Source: an uncultured Clostridia bacterium
GTDB taxonomy: Bacteria > Bacillota > DTU014
NCBI GenBank assembly: GCA_900016865.1
Contig: FIZI01000016.1
Span: forward strand, 45,304-109,303
Length of the DNA stretch: 64,000 nucleotides
Direction: 5' to 3'
Position numbers and translations under genes: made by a program. Below are positions 18,621 to 28,660 of the stretch, one piece after another. The notes below the pieces were generated by a model. The model was not told the origin of the DNA, did no database searches, and saw only the letters and a list, made by a program, of their open reading frames with translations. Position 1 is the first letter of the stretch. Every line of letters begins with the position of its first letter.

Positions 18621-19225
18621 CTCCCTCTGTTTGAGCGAGACTTGGCAGAGGCGCGACGAAAGAGGCTGTCAGCAATGAGAGCAGCAGCAGTCGAGCACGT
18701 GGTAGCTATGAGTGTAGTGATGAGGATGTCAGCTGGGTTTGCAGATCCCGTCAGGCCCCTCATGGCAATAACTGTTGTTGGGACTACTGTTATGCTCGAG
18801 GTTGTGATAGCCAGCAACGTACACATAGCATCGCTGGCTGTGTCTTTTCTCGGGTTGAGCTTTTGGAGCTCTTCTATAGCTTTGATGCCAAGCGGGGTAG
18901 ATGCATTGCCGAGCCCAAGTATGTTGGAGCTCATGGCAAGCGATATGTACGAGAGCGCTGGGTGCCTCCGAGGTATACTCGGAAACAGGAACCTTACGAT
19001 CGGAGATATGGCCTTGGCTATGGACTCAGTAAGCCCCGACGCAGAAGCAACTTGCATCAACCCCGACCAGAGCATCAGCAGGCCGGTCAGTCCAATCACG
19101 AACTCAACAGCAGACTTGCAGGACTGCACTATCTCACTAGAGACACTGTCAAGGGTCCCGTTTACCGCAGCTATTAAGATCCCCGATCCGACAAGCAGCA
19201 GCCAGACTATGTTGATCACACGCAA
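18617..19225 (-). CDS. spmA: Spore maturation protein A
   Basis: NILGLGNASTPLGIKA, ASDAMCT, PTTVIAMR; RBS GAGGAGGG; CATACA mother-cell-type -10 upstream. Confidence 0.92.
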   Translation of the reverse strand: MRVINIVWLLLVGSGILIAAVNGTLDSVSSEIVQSCKSAVEFVIGLTGLLMLWSGLMQVASASGLTESIAKAISPIVRFLFPSIPRRHPALSYISLAMSSNILGLGNASTPLGIKAIEELQKLNPRKDTASDAMCTLLAITTSSITVVPTTVIAMRGLTGSANPADILITTLIATTCSTAAALIADSLFRRASAKSRSNRGR

Positions 19226-19315
19226 TCCCTCCTCGGATATTCATGTGTATGCTCGGGCAAGTGTAGTGATGTTGCCGGCTGCTGGGCACCTGATCGGAAG
19301 TCCGCAGTTCATAGA

Positions 19316-19340
19316 AGGATAATGTTGATTTATGTGGAAT
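19316..19340 (+). promoter_or_regulatory. SigH-like promoter of the DeoR operon
   Basis: GAAGGATAA-N11-GTGGAATAA. Confidence 0.55.
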
Positions 19341-19420
19341 AACAACTAACGCAAGGTCGATAACCACAAGAACTCACACTTGTCCACATGACAACAACGC
19401 GTTGTAAGGGAGATGCATTA

Positions 19421-20209
19421 GTGCTTGCAGCCGAGCGGCGTCGCCGTATTATACAGATATTAGAAAAAGAGCACAGTGTCCGGGTATCCGACCTTTGCGC
19501 TCGGTTTGATGTTGCAGACGAGACAATCCGCAGAGACCTGAAGCAACTCGAGGCAGAGGGACTCGTTGAGAGGACACACGGTGGCGCAGTACTGAGTGAC
19601 CGCGTCAGAGTGGCTTACCCTTACCACATGCGCAAGGTCCAGGCTCCAATCGAGAAACAGCGAGTCGGTAGAGCTGCCGCGCAACTGGTCGAAGACGGGT
19701 CTACGTTGATACTGGACAACGGCACGACCACACTTGAGGTAGCCAGGTGCTTGAGAGGCAAACGCAGATTGACCGTAGTGACCACGTCGCCTCTGATCGC
19801 TCTGGAGATGACCGGATATCCTGATGCGACTGTCATCTTGACAGGAGGGATCCTGGACCCGGACAGCCAGTCGCTGATAGGGCCTGACGCTGAGGAGTCT
19901 TTGCGCAAGTTGAGTGTAGATATAGCCTTCATTGGGACTAGCGGAGTGAGCGTTGAGCGGGGGTTCACCGCGTCCAACGTGTACGAAGCGCAGATCAAGT
20001 CCATTATGGTCAACGCGGCATCCAGACCCTATGTGGTCGCGGACGGCTCCAAGGTTGGCCAGAGTTCGCTGGTGTGCTTTTCGCCGCTGGGGGAAGTGTT
20101 TGGGCTGGTCACTGATTCGACAGCCAAACCGCACGAGCTCGACAAGCTGCGCGAATCGGGCTTGGATGTCGTGATAGCGGAAGAAATCTCGGGGGTGGTG
20201 CAATCGTGA
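19421..20209 (+). CDS. DeoR/GlpR family transcriptional regulator
   Basis: ERRRRI..., ETIRRDLKQLE, RTHGGA, LDNGTT; GTG start after AAGGGAG. Confidence 0.92.
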   Translation: MLAAERRRRIIQILEKEHSVRVSDLCARFDVADETIRRDLKQLEAEGLVERTHGGAVLSDRVRVAYPYHMRKVQAPIEKQRVGRAAAQLVEDGSTLILDNGTTTLEVARCLRGKRRLTVVTTSPLIALEMTGYPDATVILTGGILDPDSQSLIGPDAEESLRKLSVDIAFIGTSGVSVERGFTASNVYEAQIKSIMVNAASRPYVVADGSKVGQSSLVCFSPLGEVFGLVTDSTAKPHELDKLRESGLDVVIAEEISGVVQS

Positions 20210-21180
20210 AACCAGTCGTGTTTGTCACTCGGAGGATCCCCGAATCAGGGATCGACATGCTTCGTGAGACCTGTGAGGTGGTAGTGAACGGGGAGGACCG
20301 TGTCCTATCTAAGGAAGAGCTGATCGAAGGGGTAAAGGGGAAGGATGCGCTGCTGTGCCTGCTTACGGACAAAATTGACGCAGAGGTTATGGACGCCGGC
20401 AAGAGCCTCAAGGTCATCGCCAACTACGCTGTCGGCTTTGACAACATCGATGTCGAGGCTGCAACAAGCCGCAAGATCCCCGTCACCAATACTCCCGGCG
20501 TGCTGACTGAGACTACGGCTGATCTCGCTTGGGCCCTTCTCATGTCTGCGGCTAGACGGATCGTTGAGGGCGATAGGTTCACTCGAGAAGGCAAGTACAA
20601 GGGTTGGTCTCCCATGCTCTTGCTGGGCCGTGACGTATATGGAAAGACTCTTGGCATAGTCGGCTTTGGCAGGATTGGCGAGGCGATGGCCAGGAGAGCA
20701 AATGGGTTCTCTATGCAGGTCATCTACTATGACGAGAATAGGCGTTCGCCGGAGGAAGAGGAACGGCTTGGCGTCAGATATGTGTCCTTTCCTGAGCTCC
20801 TGGCACAGTCGGATTTCATATCAGTTCATGTGCCTTTGATGGAGAAGACTTACCACATGTTCGGCCCTGCTGAATTTGCAGCAATGAAGAAAACAGCCAT
20901 ACTGATCAATACGGCTCGCGGGCCGGTGATCGATGAGGCTGCGCTGGTAGAAGCGTTGAGAAAGGGCGATATCGCCGGTGCCGGGCTCGACGTCTACGAA
21001 GATGAGCCGCTGTTGAAACCTGGATTGGCTGATCTCGACAACGTTGTCTTGGCGCCTCACATAGGAAGCGCATCGGTTGAGACGAGGACCAAGATGGCAA
21101 CTATGGCAGCACAGAACGTGCTGGCGGTACTCAGAGGAGAAGTCCCGCCCAACATACTCAACCGAGAGGTATTCGATTAG
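20206..21180 (+). CDS. Glyoxylate/hydroxypyruvate reductase-like D-2-hydroxyacid dehydrogenase
   Basis: AVGFDNID, NTPGVLT, GIVGFGRIG, INTARG, LDVYEDEP, PHIGSA. Confidence 0.9.
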   Translation: MKPVVFVTRRIPESGIDMLRETCEVVVNGEDRVLSKEELIEGVKGKDALLCLLTDKIDAEVMDAGKSLKVIANYAVGFDNIDVEAATSRKIPVTNTPGVLTETTADLAWALLMSAARRIVEGDRFTREGKYKGWSPMLLLGRDVYGKTLGIVGFGRIGEAMARRANGFSMQVIYYDENRRSPEEEERLGVRYVSFPELLAQSDFISVHVPLMEKTYHMFGPAEFAAMKKTAILINTARGPVIDEAALVEALRKGDIAGAGLDVYEDEPLLKPGLADLDNVVLAPHIGSASVETRTKMATMAAQNVLAVLRGEVPPNILNREVFD

Positions 21181-21221
21181 TCAGAGCGCTATCAATCTGA
21201 TTCTCACTGGAGGGATCTAAG

Positions 21222-23249
21222 ATGGCCCTAGAAAAAAACGTGATAAGCATTGTGCACTCCATGGCGTACCCCGGCCCGGGAAAGACAAACGCGGTAGCCA
21301 GGGGTGAAGCACCTGAGACTTACTTAATCACTACAGTTAAGAAGATAGCGGATGACCCTTACTTCGGTGGTATAGAGGTCACTCGAATCAAAAACAGAGA
21401 CCACCGCAAGAAAGTTGCGAAGATTTTGAAAGACGCCAACATGGTGGTCACCTACAGCGCCCAACCCGTGCAGTTGATCAACGAAGACGCCCTGATAGAC
21501 GAAGGGGATATCTCGTCTATCGATGAGACTAGCCGGATCAATGCAGTCGCACGGATCAAGGAATGCATTGAGGAGGCTTTTGAGCTAGGGGCTTCCAACT
21601 TCGCATTGGTCAGCGGAAAGGACCCCGGCACCTCCAACGGGCTTAAGGCGCGAAGGGAGGCAATGCGTTCCCTCGTCAGGTCGCTCGATGAGATTTGTCA
21701 GTATGCGAGCGAGAGAGCAGCCGAAATCGGAGTAGGCGAGCTGAATATCTTCCTAGAGATGTTCGATCGCCTAGACGAACCCGGCTGCAAGAACATGCTC
21801 ATCGGGCCGACAACCGACGCTATCGAGGTCATCCAAGAGCTGAGGAATGTCTATCGGCGCAACAATCTGTGGCTCATGTATGACCTGAGCCATATGCTGC
21901 TCATGAAGGATTCATCGTTTGACGGCGAGGACCCGTTTGTCCTGAGAAAGCTCGCTCCGTACCTTGGTCATATCCACATTGGCACTTGTGTGCTCGATAA
22001 AGAGGACCCGCTCTACGGAGACACACACCCTCGTCTTGACTACCCGAACTCGGCAGTCACCAAGGAGCTGTTGGCTGAATTTGTCAAGGAGCTTCAGGCC
22101 ATACGCTATTCTAAGGGCATAGGCTTTGAAATCGCCCCTTACGGCGATGACCAGAGCGACGCGATTGTTCGAACAGCCAAGAGTTACCTCGATGAAGCGA
22201 GGGACAGATACGATGTCAACTACGCTCTTGGCAGGTACTTCTTTCGACCCAGGACGTTTTTCCCGGAGAACCTGTTTGCAGCGATAACAGATGCCAGGGT
22301 ACAGCGGCCGGAGATCATAACAGAAGAGGCCGCTGCACGAAAACGCAGGGACAAGTTGACCAAGAACGGACGTCTCATGATCCTTGCCTGCGACCATCCA
22401 GCAAGATATGTGACAAATGTTGGTGACGACCCGATTGGCATGGGCGATCGGATGGACTACCTTGGCAGAATTACCCGAGTGTTGATTCATGACGAAGTGG
22501 ATGGGGTTATGGGGACTCCCGACATCGTAGAAGACCTGCTCATAGTCAGCGCCATGTTGAGGGAGAAGACCGGGAAAGGCCTTCTCGACGACAAGGTGAT
22601 TCTCGGGTGTATGAACAGAGCGGGCTTAGCAGGCGCGAGGTATGAAATGGACGACCGGATGACTGCGTTCACTGCAGAGAGCATGCACAGATTGAGGCTG
22701 GATGGAGCAAAGATCATGTTTAGACTTGATCTCAACGACAAGTACTCCTTGCGGACTCTCACATACTGTGCAAAGGCTATAACCGAGTGCAACGCGCTTG
22801 GACTGCCAACATTCCTTGAGCCCCTGCCTGTCCAAAAGACCGACAGAGGCTATGAGGTCAAGCTCAACTACATCGACATGATACGTGTAATCGGAGTGGC
22901 GTCGGCTCTAGGGGACTCATCTCAGAACCTCTGGCTCAAAATACCATATGTAGACAAGTATGATCAGGTGGCTAAAGCCACGTCGCTTCCAATACTCATG
23001 CTGGGAGGCGCTTCAAAGGGCACTCCTATAGACACAATCGAGAACTTCGAAAGAGGCATGGGAGCAGGCACCAATGTCCGGGGTGCACTTGTCGGGCGCA
23101 ATGTCCTCTATCCGGGTGTAGACGACCCGATGGCTGTTGCAGGGGCTATCAGCAAAGTCATACACTCTGAATACTCAACGCTGGCAGCCATCAAGTACCT
23201 GGCAAGCATCAGGGGTACTGATATGGATGCCTTGGCGCCGATATGCTGA
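21222..23249 (+). CDS. Fusion of a xylose-isomerase-like TIM barrel (sugar-phosphate isomerase/epimerase) and a class I aldolase-like (Cgl0159/DeoC-LacD-like) domain
   Basis: N-half: FLEMFD, YDLSH, HIHIG, GFEI metal-site pattern; C-half: ACDHPAR, DGAK, FLEPLP, WLKIPY, LMLGG, LVGRN. Confidence 0.7.
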   Translation: MALEKNVISIVHSMAYPGPGKTNAVARGEAPETYLITTVKKIADDPYFGGIEVTRIKNRDHRKKVAKILKDANMVVTYSAQPVQLINEDALIDEGDISSIDETSRINAVARIKECIEEAFELGASNFALVSGKDPGTSNGLKARREAMRSLVRSLDEICQYASERAAEIGVGELNIFLEMFDRLDEPGCKNMLIGPTTDAIEVIQELRNVYRRNNLWLMYDLSHMLLMKDSSFDGEDPFVLRKLAPYLGHIHIGTCVLDKEDPLYGDTHPRLDYPNSAVTKELLAEFVKELQAIRYSKGIGFEIAPYGDDQSDAIVRTAKSYLDEARDRYDVNYALGRYFFRPRTFFPENLFAAITDARVQRPEIITEEAAARKRRDKLTKNGRLMILACDHPARYVTNVGDDPIGMGDRMDYLGRITRVLIHDEVDGVMGTPDIVEDLLIVSAMLREKTGKGLLDDKVILGCMNRAGLAGARYEMDDRMTAFTAESMHRLRLDGAKIMFRLDLNDKYSLRTLTYCAKAITECNALGLPTFLEPLPVQKTDRGYEVKLNYIDMIRVIGVASALGDSSQNLWLKIPYVDKYDQVAKATSLPILMLGGASKGTPIDTIENFERGMGAGTNVRGALVGRNVLYPGVDDPMAVAGAISKVIHSEYSTLAAIKYLASIRGTDMDALAPIC

Positions 23250-23280
23250 TGACGGCCGGATTGGCGAGTAGGACTGTGAG

Positions 23281-24813
23281 GTGAGTTCGTTGGACCTGAT
23301 TTTGACCTATGACATCGGGACCACAGCCTGCAAGAGCGTGTTGTTTAGCGTCGACGGGACAGTTGTTGCAATGGCCGAGCAGGAGTTTCCGACCAGGCAT
23401 CCCGAGCCGATGTGGGCGGAACAAGACCCTGATGACTGGTGGCAGGCAGTTGTGTCCACCACCCGGTCACTCATGGAAGGCAGAGAGAACGCCAGGATCT
23501 TGAGCATAGGCCTCTCCAGCCAGAGGGAGACGATAGTCCCTGTTGACAAACAGGGAAACAAGCTCTGCGACGCGATACTGTGGATGGACAGACGTACCGC
23601 CAAGGAAGCCGAGGACCTTGCATCGTACTTCGGCAGGGAAAACCTGCACAGTGTCACGGGAATGATCCCTGATGCGACGTTTAGTGCGACTAAATTGATG
23701 TGGCTTAAGCGTCACATGCCCGAGGTGGTCGACGCTGCGCACTGCTTCCTCCAGCCAAAGGAGTATGTCTGCTTGAAGTTGACAGGGGCGTTCACAACCG
23801 ACTACTCCCTTGCTTCGCGGACAATGATGCTCGACGTGAGGAAGCTGTCTTGGTGTGACGATGTATTCGCTGCGGTCGGGATTTCAAAGGAGAAAATGCC
23901 TCGGATATACTACTCCGATGAAGTGGTCGGCACGGTAACCACGGAGGCTGCAGCACTGCTGGGCATCCCCTCTGGAATACCCGTGGTGGCCGGGGGAGGC
24001 GACCGCCAGTGCGAGGCGGTAGGTGCCGGGATCTTTGGAGACAGGGCAATGGAGTCTACAGGGACGACTTCAAACATCTCCTGTGCTTCTGACCACGTCA
24101 TTGACAACCTGGATATCCGCGTTGTATGTTCGGTGCATGCTCTCCGTGGGCATTGGCTGATTGAACAAGGGCTTACCACCAGCGGCTCCATACTGAGGTG
24201 GTTTCGTGACACCTTTTGCCAAGAAGAGCAGGCCGACGCAGCCGCTCGCGGCATCAGCGCTTATGCAATCATCGATGAAATGGTAGCCAACGCGCAGCCT
24301 GGATCACACAAGCTCTTGATGCTGCCGTTCTTTATGGGCGCCAAGGCAACACGGTGGAATCCCGCGGCACGTGGAGCGTTCCTGGGAGTGACGCTTGGAC
24401 ATGGCAAGGCTGAGTTTGCTCGGGCAATCATGGAAGGCGTAGCCTTTGAACTTCGAGCCTGTCTTGATATACTCAAGGGGATCGGGCTTGAACCGTCACA
24501 GATTGTCTCTATGGGCGGAGGCTCCCGCGGAGATGTCTGGAATCAGATAAGGGCGGATGTCACCGGCAGGCCTGTCAGTGTGCCGAGGGTGACTGACGCG
24601 GCGTCTCTTGGAGCCATGATCTTGGCAGCCAAGGGCGTTGGAGTCATCAGTGATGTTGCGGAAGCCTCGGTGACGCTAAATCCACCGCAGAAACGCTATA
24701 GCCCTACCGCAAGTTCGCAGGCAGTGTATGATCAACTCTACCCGATCTACGATGACTTCTACGCTGCAGTCGAGGGCTTGTTTGACCGGTTGGATGCGGT
24801 CAAGGCCCAGTGA
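23281..24813 (+). CDS. FGGY family carbohydrate kinase (xylulokinase-like)
   Basis: DIGTT, AEQDPDDWW, GGGDRQ, ARGAFLG, RAIMEGVAF. Confidence 0.9.
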   Translation: MSSLDLILTYDIGTTACKSVLFSVDGTVVAMAEQEFPTRHPEPMWAEQDPDDWWQAVVSTTRSLMEGRENARILSIGLSSQRETIVPVDKQGNKLCDAILWMDRRTAKEAEDLASYFGRENLHSVTGMIPDATFSATKLMWLKRHMPEVVDAAHCFLQPKEYVCLKLTGAFTTDYSLASRTMMLDVRKLSWCDDVFAAVGISKEKMPRIYYSDEVVGTVTTEAAALLGIPSGIPVVAGGGDRQCEAVGAGIFGDRAMESTGTTSNISCASDHVIDNLDIRVVCSVHALRGHWLIEQGLTTSGSILRWFRDTFCQEEQADAAARGISAYAIIDEMVANAQPGSHKLLMLPFFMGAKATRWNPAARGAFLGVTLGHGKAEFARAIMEGVAFELRACLDILKGIGLEPSQIVSMGGGSRGDVWNQIRADVTGRPVSVPRVTDAASLGAMILAAKGVGVISDVAEASVTLNPPQKRYSPTASSQAVYDQLYPIYDDFYAAVEGLFDRLDAVKAQ

Positions 24814-24832
24814 GACCTAGAGGGCGAGTGCA

Positions 24833-25822
24833 GTGACCTTTTCTGAAAGGGTAAAGAATGAACTAGTCAGGCGCAAGAAGGACGAATGCCCCGAGTGCGC
24901 GTATGCCGAACTCGGGGGATTCGTCCATACTGCTGGCTCTATTTCAATCCTAGGACGCCAAAGGCTGAGCGTTACCGTAGAGGTAGACAGGCCTGCGATA
25001 GCTCGTCGCGTCTTCACCCTGGTGAAGAGGCTCTTCGGCGTTCATTCTGTCATCGCAGTCAGACGCTCCTCTCGCTTGGGAAGGCATAATACGTACGTAG
25101 TGAACATCCCCCCGTCCGCACAAGTGACAGAAGTCGTTCGGCGGCTTCACGTACTTGACGACGACAGCAGCCTGACTCGAGGCATTCCGTGGAGACTTGT
25201 GGGAGATAAATGCTGCCAGCGTGCCTATCTTCGCGGTGCGTTTGTCGTTCGCGGCTATGTGAACGATCCTGTAAAGGGCTACCACTTGGAGGTGACAAGC
25301 AACAGCTTTGATCACGCTTCGGACCTGGTGAAGCTGACAACCAAGTGGGATATCAAGGCCAAGACGACCGAGCACAAGCAAAGGCACATATTGTACGTGA
25401 AGGGCGCAGACGATGTTTCCCGATTTCTGCAGGTGATAGGCGCAGATATGGCTCTCTTGGAATTTGAGAACGTTCGAGCCATGAAGGATGTGCGCAATCA
25501 GGTCAATAGGGAAGTCAACTGTGAGACGGCAAACGTGAACAAGACCGTGGAGGCTGCGGCTCGGCAGATAGACGACATTCGCCTCATAGACAGAGAGATC
25601 GGAATAAGGTCGCTCAAGAAGAGCTTGCAGGACGTTGCTGTGTTGCGCCTTGAGATGCCTTCGGCTACTATGGAGGAGCTTGGCCAGGCACTGACACCCG
25701 CAGTGTCCAAGTCAACGGTGAGCTATAGATTCAAGAGAATAGCTGCGATTGCGGACGAGATACGCAAACAACAACGAGGGCATCCGCTTGTCTCTGATCG
25801 CAGGACTGCCAAGCCCCGTTAG
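24833..25822 (+). CDS. whiA: DNA-binding protein WhiA
   Basis: FSERVKNEL, YLRGAF, YHLE, NREVNCETANVNKT, SKSTVSYR. Confidence 0.92.
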   Translation: MTFSERVKNELVRRKKDECPECAYAELGGFVHTAGSISILGRQRLSVTVEVDRPAIARRVFTLVKRLFGVHSVIAVRRSSRLGRHNTYVVNIPPSAQVTEVVRRLHVLDDDSSLTRGIPWRLVGDKCCQRAYLRGAFVVRGYVNDPVKGYHLEVTSNSFDHASDLVKLTTKWDIKAKTTEHKQRHILYVKGADDVSRFLQVIGADMALLEFENVRAMKDVRNQVNREVNCETANVNKTVEAAARQIDDIRLIDREIGIRSLKKSLQDVAVLRLEMPSATMEELGQALTPAVSKSTVSYRFKRIAAIADEIRKQQRGHPLVSDRRTAKPR

Positions 25823-25904
25823 TGTTTACCTTGGCAAGGAGTTGTAGTAGAGTAGAGAGGTTAGAAGTTTGGTGAGCAGCTCGGAGCCACGAGGAGGGAG
25901 TACT

Positions 25905-27176
25905 ATGTTTGAGGAGTTGAGGCAAGTAGACCCAGAGGTCGCTGACGCCATACTCAAGGAGACAAGACGCCAAGGTCAGAAGATCGAACTCATAGCATCC
26001 GAGAACTTCGTTAGCCAGGCAGTACTGGAAGCCCAAGGATCAGTGCTAACAAACAAGTATGCAGAAGGCTACCCGGGCAGGAGATACTACGGCGGGTGCG
26101 AGTTCGTTGACATAGTCGAGACTCTCGCTATTGAGCGAGCCAAGAAGCTGTTTGGCGCCGAGCATGTCAACGTCCAACCCCATTCGGGTGCTCAGGCCAA
26201 CACAGCTGTGTACTTCGCCTTACTTGAGCCAGGGGACGTCGTCATGGGTATGAACTTGGCTCATGGAGGGCATTTGACCCACGGACATCCCATGAACTTC
26301 TCAGGCAGGTTCTACAAGATAGTTCCTTACGGCGTAAGCCGGGAGACGGAGACTATTGACTATGACGAGGTCGCAGAGATCGCCAAAGCGAATTCGCCAA
26401 AGCTGATAGTGGCAGGTGCAAGTGCATATCCGCGGATCATCGACTTCGCCAGGTTGCGTGAGATAGCGGATTCTGTCGGTGCGATGCTGATGGTCGATAT
26501 GGCTCATATTGCCGGGCTTGTGGCAGCAGGGTTGCATCCGAGTCCTGTGCCGTACGCCGACTTTGTGACTACTACGACCCACAAAACCCTCCGCGGCCCA
26601 CGAGGGGGGATGATTCTCTGCAAGAAGGAGTATGCCAAGCGGATAGACTCGGCGGTGTTCCCCGGAACGCAGGGCGGGCCACTGATGCACGTCATAGCAG
26701 CCAAAGCAGTAGCCCTCAAGTTGGCCTTGCAGCCAGAGTTTGCAGAGTATCAGCGCCAGACAGTAGCCAATGCCAAGGCTCTGGCAGCCGCCTTGGTTGC
26801 AGAGGGCTTTGACCTTGTCTCGGGCGGCACAGACAACCACCTGATGCTCGTTAACCTGATCAACAAGGGCTTGACCGGAAAGGATGCAGAGAAGGCTCTT
26901 GACGAAGTGGGCATCACTGTCAACAAGAACGCCATCCCGTTTGACCCGCAGAAGCCGTTCATAAGCAGCGGGATAAGGCTGGGCACTCCCGCTGTCACAA
27001 GCCGCGGGATGAAAGAGCCGGAGATGAAAGAGATCGCATCAATGATCGCCGAAGTGCTCAACGGGATGAAGTCCGGCACACTCGACAAGCAGGCGGTGGC
27101 AGCACAGGTTCAAACGCTTTGTGCTCGCTTCCCGCTTTATCAAAGGCAACTCGAATCGCTGCGAACGGATCAGTGA
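25905..27176 (+). CDS. glyA: Serine hydroxymethyltransferase
   Basis: [32 protein letters not shown] after GAGGAGG. Confidence 0.97.
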   Translation: MFEELRQVDPEVADAILKETRRQGQKIELIASENFVSQAVLEAQGSVLTNKYAEGYPGRRYYGGCEFVDIVETLAIERAKKLFGAEHVNVQPHSGAQANTAVYFALLEPGDVVMGMNLAHGGHLTHGHPMNFSGRFYKIVPYGVSRETETIDYDEVAEIAKANSPKLIVAGASAYPRIIDFARLREIADSVGAMLMVDMAHIAGLVAAGLHPSPVPYADFVTTTTHKTLRGPRGGMILCKKEYAKRIDSAVFPGTQGGPLMHVIAAKAVALKLALQPEFAEYQRQTVANAKALAAALVAEGFDLVSGGTDNHLMLVNLINKGLTGKDAEKALDEVGITVNKNAIPFDPQKPFISSGIRLGTPAVTSRGMKEPEMKEIASMIAEVLNGMKSGTLDKQAVAAQVQTLCARFPLYQRQLESLRTDQ

Positions 27177-27266
27177 GGTACAGTAGCTGTGTTGAACCGT
27201 AAAGGGTCCGGAGAGGATGCATTGGAGAACAGAAGTCAGTCGGCCGGGGCACCTAAGCGCGAGGCG

Positions 27267-27749
27267 ATGGCCGTTACCCGTCATTTCACTGTTGCGGTGT
27301 TCGTCGTTTCGGGATGCAGGACTCTACTGCTCTACCACAGATCGCACAACATGTGGCTGCCCCCGGGAGGGCATATTGAGCCGGACGAGACTCCGGACGA
27401 CGCCGCGGTTCGTGAGGTATTCGAGGAGACAGGGCTTGAGGTAGTCCTCGTTGGCGAACGAGGACTGCCCCTGGATCAGCCTGCGCAGCTCATCACTCCT
27501 GAAGGCGTACAGCTTGAGATCATCGGTTCTCCATCAGACAATCATCAGCACATAGACCTGATATATTTCGCAGCTCTGCGGCCTGGACAATATGCGGATC
27601 GCTTGGAGCTGGATCTTGATTCGCATGAGGTTGTTGAGGCGGGATGGTACTCGTCAAGCGATGTGATGCGCATGGACCTTGCGGAGGACGTGCGAATGTG
27701 GGCGTTGCGCGCGCTCCAGGTCGTTCCTAAGCGCCTCTCAAAGCCTTAG
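27267..27749 (+). CDS. NUDIX hydrolase
   Basis: Nudix box GGHIEPDETPDDAAVREVFEETGL; start uncertain (27189-27267). Confidence 0.85.
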   Translation: MAVTRHFTVAVFVVSGCRTLLLYHRSHNMWLPPGGHIEPDETPDDAAVREVFEETGLEVVLVGERGLPLDQPAQLITPEGVQLEIIGSPSDNHQHIDLIYFAALRPGQYADRLELDLDSHEVVEAGWYSSSDVMRMDLAEDVRMWALRALQVVPKRLSKP

Positions 27750-27772
27750 CGGGCTTGGACTGATGCATTTCC

Positions 27773-27799
27773 TGCAATAATTCCCACCAGCTGACGTCT
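27773..27799 (+). promoter_or_regulatory. ECF-sigma-type promoter
   Basis: TGCAAT-N16-CGTC immediately upstream of the ECF sigma fragment. Confidence 0.55.
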
Positions 27800-27807
27800 G
27801 TATAGGT

Positions 27808-28184
27808 ATGGAGAGAGAACAGCACCCGGTAGTCCGGGCAATCATTGCCGAATACCGATTTCTGCTCAGATACGCCGAGCGGCTCGTGTCCGGCCTTGTC
27901 CACTGCGACGCAGAGGACGTGGTTCAGGATGTGATGGTCCGGCTGCTTTCCTTGCCTGTCAACGGTATACCGATCGAGCGTTTGGCTTCGTACTTGCGAG
28001 CCTCTGTAAGGAACAGGATGAGCAGCCGCAGGAACAGGATGTCGATGATACGAAGACAGCCGAGTTCGAGCGATATTGGAGGGAAGAAGGCCGCGAGGCC
28101 TACGAGCGCTGGCTGGAGCGTGTGCTAGAGGAGAAAAAGAGCATAGAGAAATGCGATTCGGCAGGTGAAAGCGATTCGCGTTGA
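27808..28184 (+). pseudogene. Truncated ECF sigma factor (region 2 only) joined out of frame to an acidic protein C-terminus
   Basis: DAEDVVQDV...YL..SVRNR region-2 motif, no region 4; another frame 28020-28184 reads EQPQEQDV...FERYWREEGREAYERWLE. Confidence 0.6.
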
Positions 28185-28209
28185 CACATCGGATAGCCTG
28201 TGTTATACT
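28181..28209 (+). promoter_or_regulatory. SigA promoter of the tRNA-Ser pair
   Basis: TTGACA-N17-TATACT with TG extension. Confidence 0.8.
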
Positions 28210-28258
28210 TCATTTGTGTCAGCCGTCGGCTGACTGAGATTCCAGCTCTTCTGGACTT

Positions 28259-28349
28259 GGAGGGGTGTCCGAGTGGTTTAAGGAGCTGGTCTTGAAAACC
28301 AGTGACTCACGTAAGTGGGCCGTGGGTTCGAATCCCACCCCCTCCGCCA
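28259..28349 (+). tRNA. tRNA-Ser(TGA)
   Basis: Acceptor GGAGGGG/CCCCTCC, anticodon arm CTGGT-CTTGAAA-ACCAG, long variable arm, GTTCGAATC, G73-CCA. Confidence 0.97.
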
Positions 28350-28388
28350 CGGTCAATATCTGGTGAGTCTGTCTATAGGTTCGATTGC

Positions 28389-28479
28389 GGAGAGATACCC
28401 AAGTGGTCGAAGGGGTCGGTTTGCTAAACCGATAGTAGGAGCAATCCTAGCGAGGGTTCAAATCCCTCTCTCTCCGCCA
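28389..28479 (+). tRNA. tRNA-Ser(GCT)
   Basis: Acceptor GGAGAGA/TCTCTCC, TCGGT-TTGCTAA-ACCGA, long variable arm, GTTCAAATC, CCA. Confidence 0.97.
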
Positions 28480-28498
28480 TTTCATTCCGAGTGTTAGG

Positions 28499-28525
28499 GA
28501 CCGGTGAGAAGCCGGTCGTTTTTTG
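28499..28525 (+). terminator. Intrinsic terminator
   Basis: GACCGG...CCGGTC-GTTTTTT. Confidence 0.75.
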
Positions 28526-28660
28526 TGTACCCGATGATTTTGGCTACGGGAGATTGTGCCTAGAGATCCCGTGGTGGGAAATACCAGCCCTTCTGAAGGA
28601 ACCTGCATCCGAGTAGTCCGTCTGTACTGAGTGAGAAACAAGTGGCGCAGTTCCTGCTAA

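Noticed and set aside
19380..19388. DnaA-box-like TTGTCCACA
   Set aside because: A single one-mismatch copy that is part of the phased CACA repeats; no oriC context.
19460..20203. 247-aa antisense ORF
   Set aside because: Shadow of the DeoR gene.
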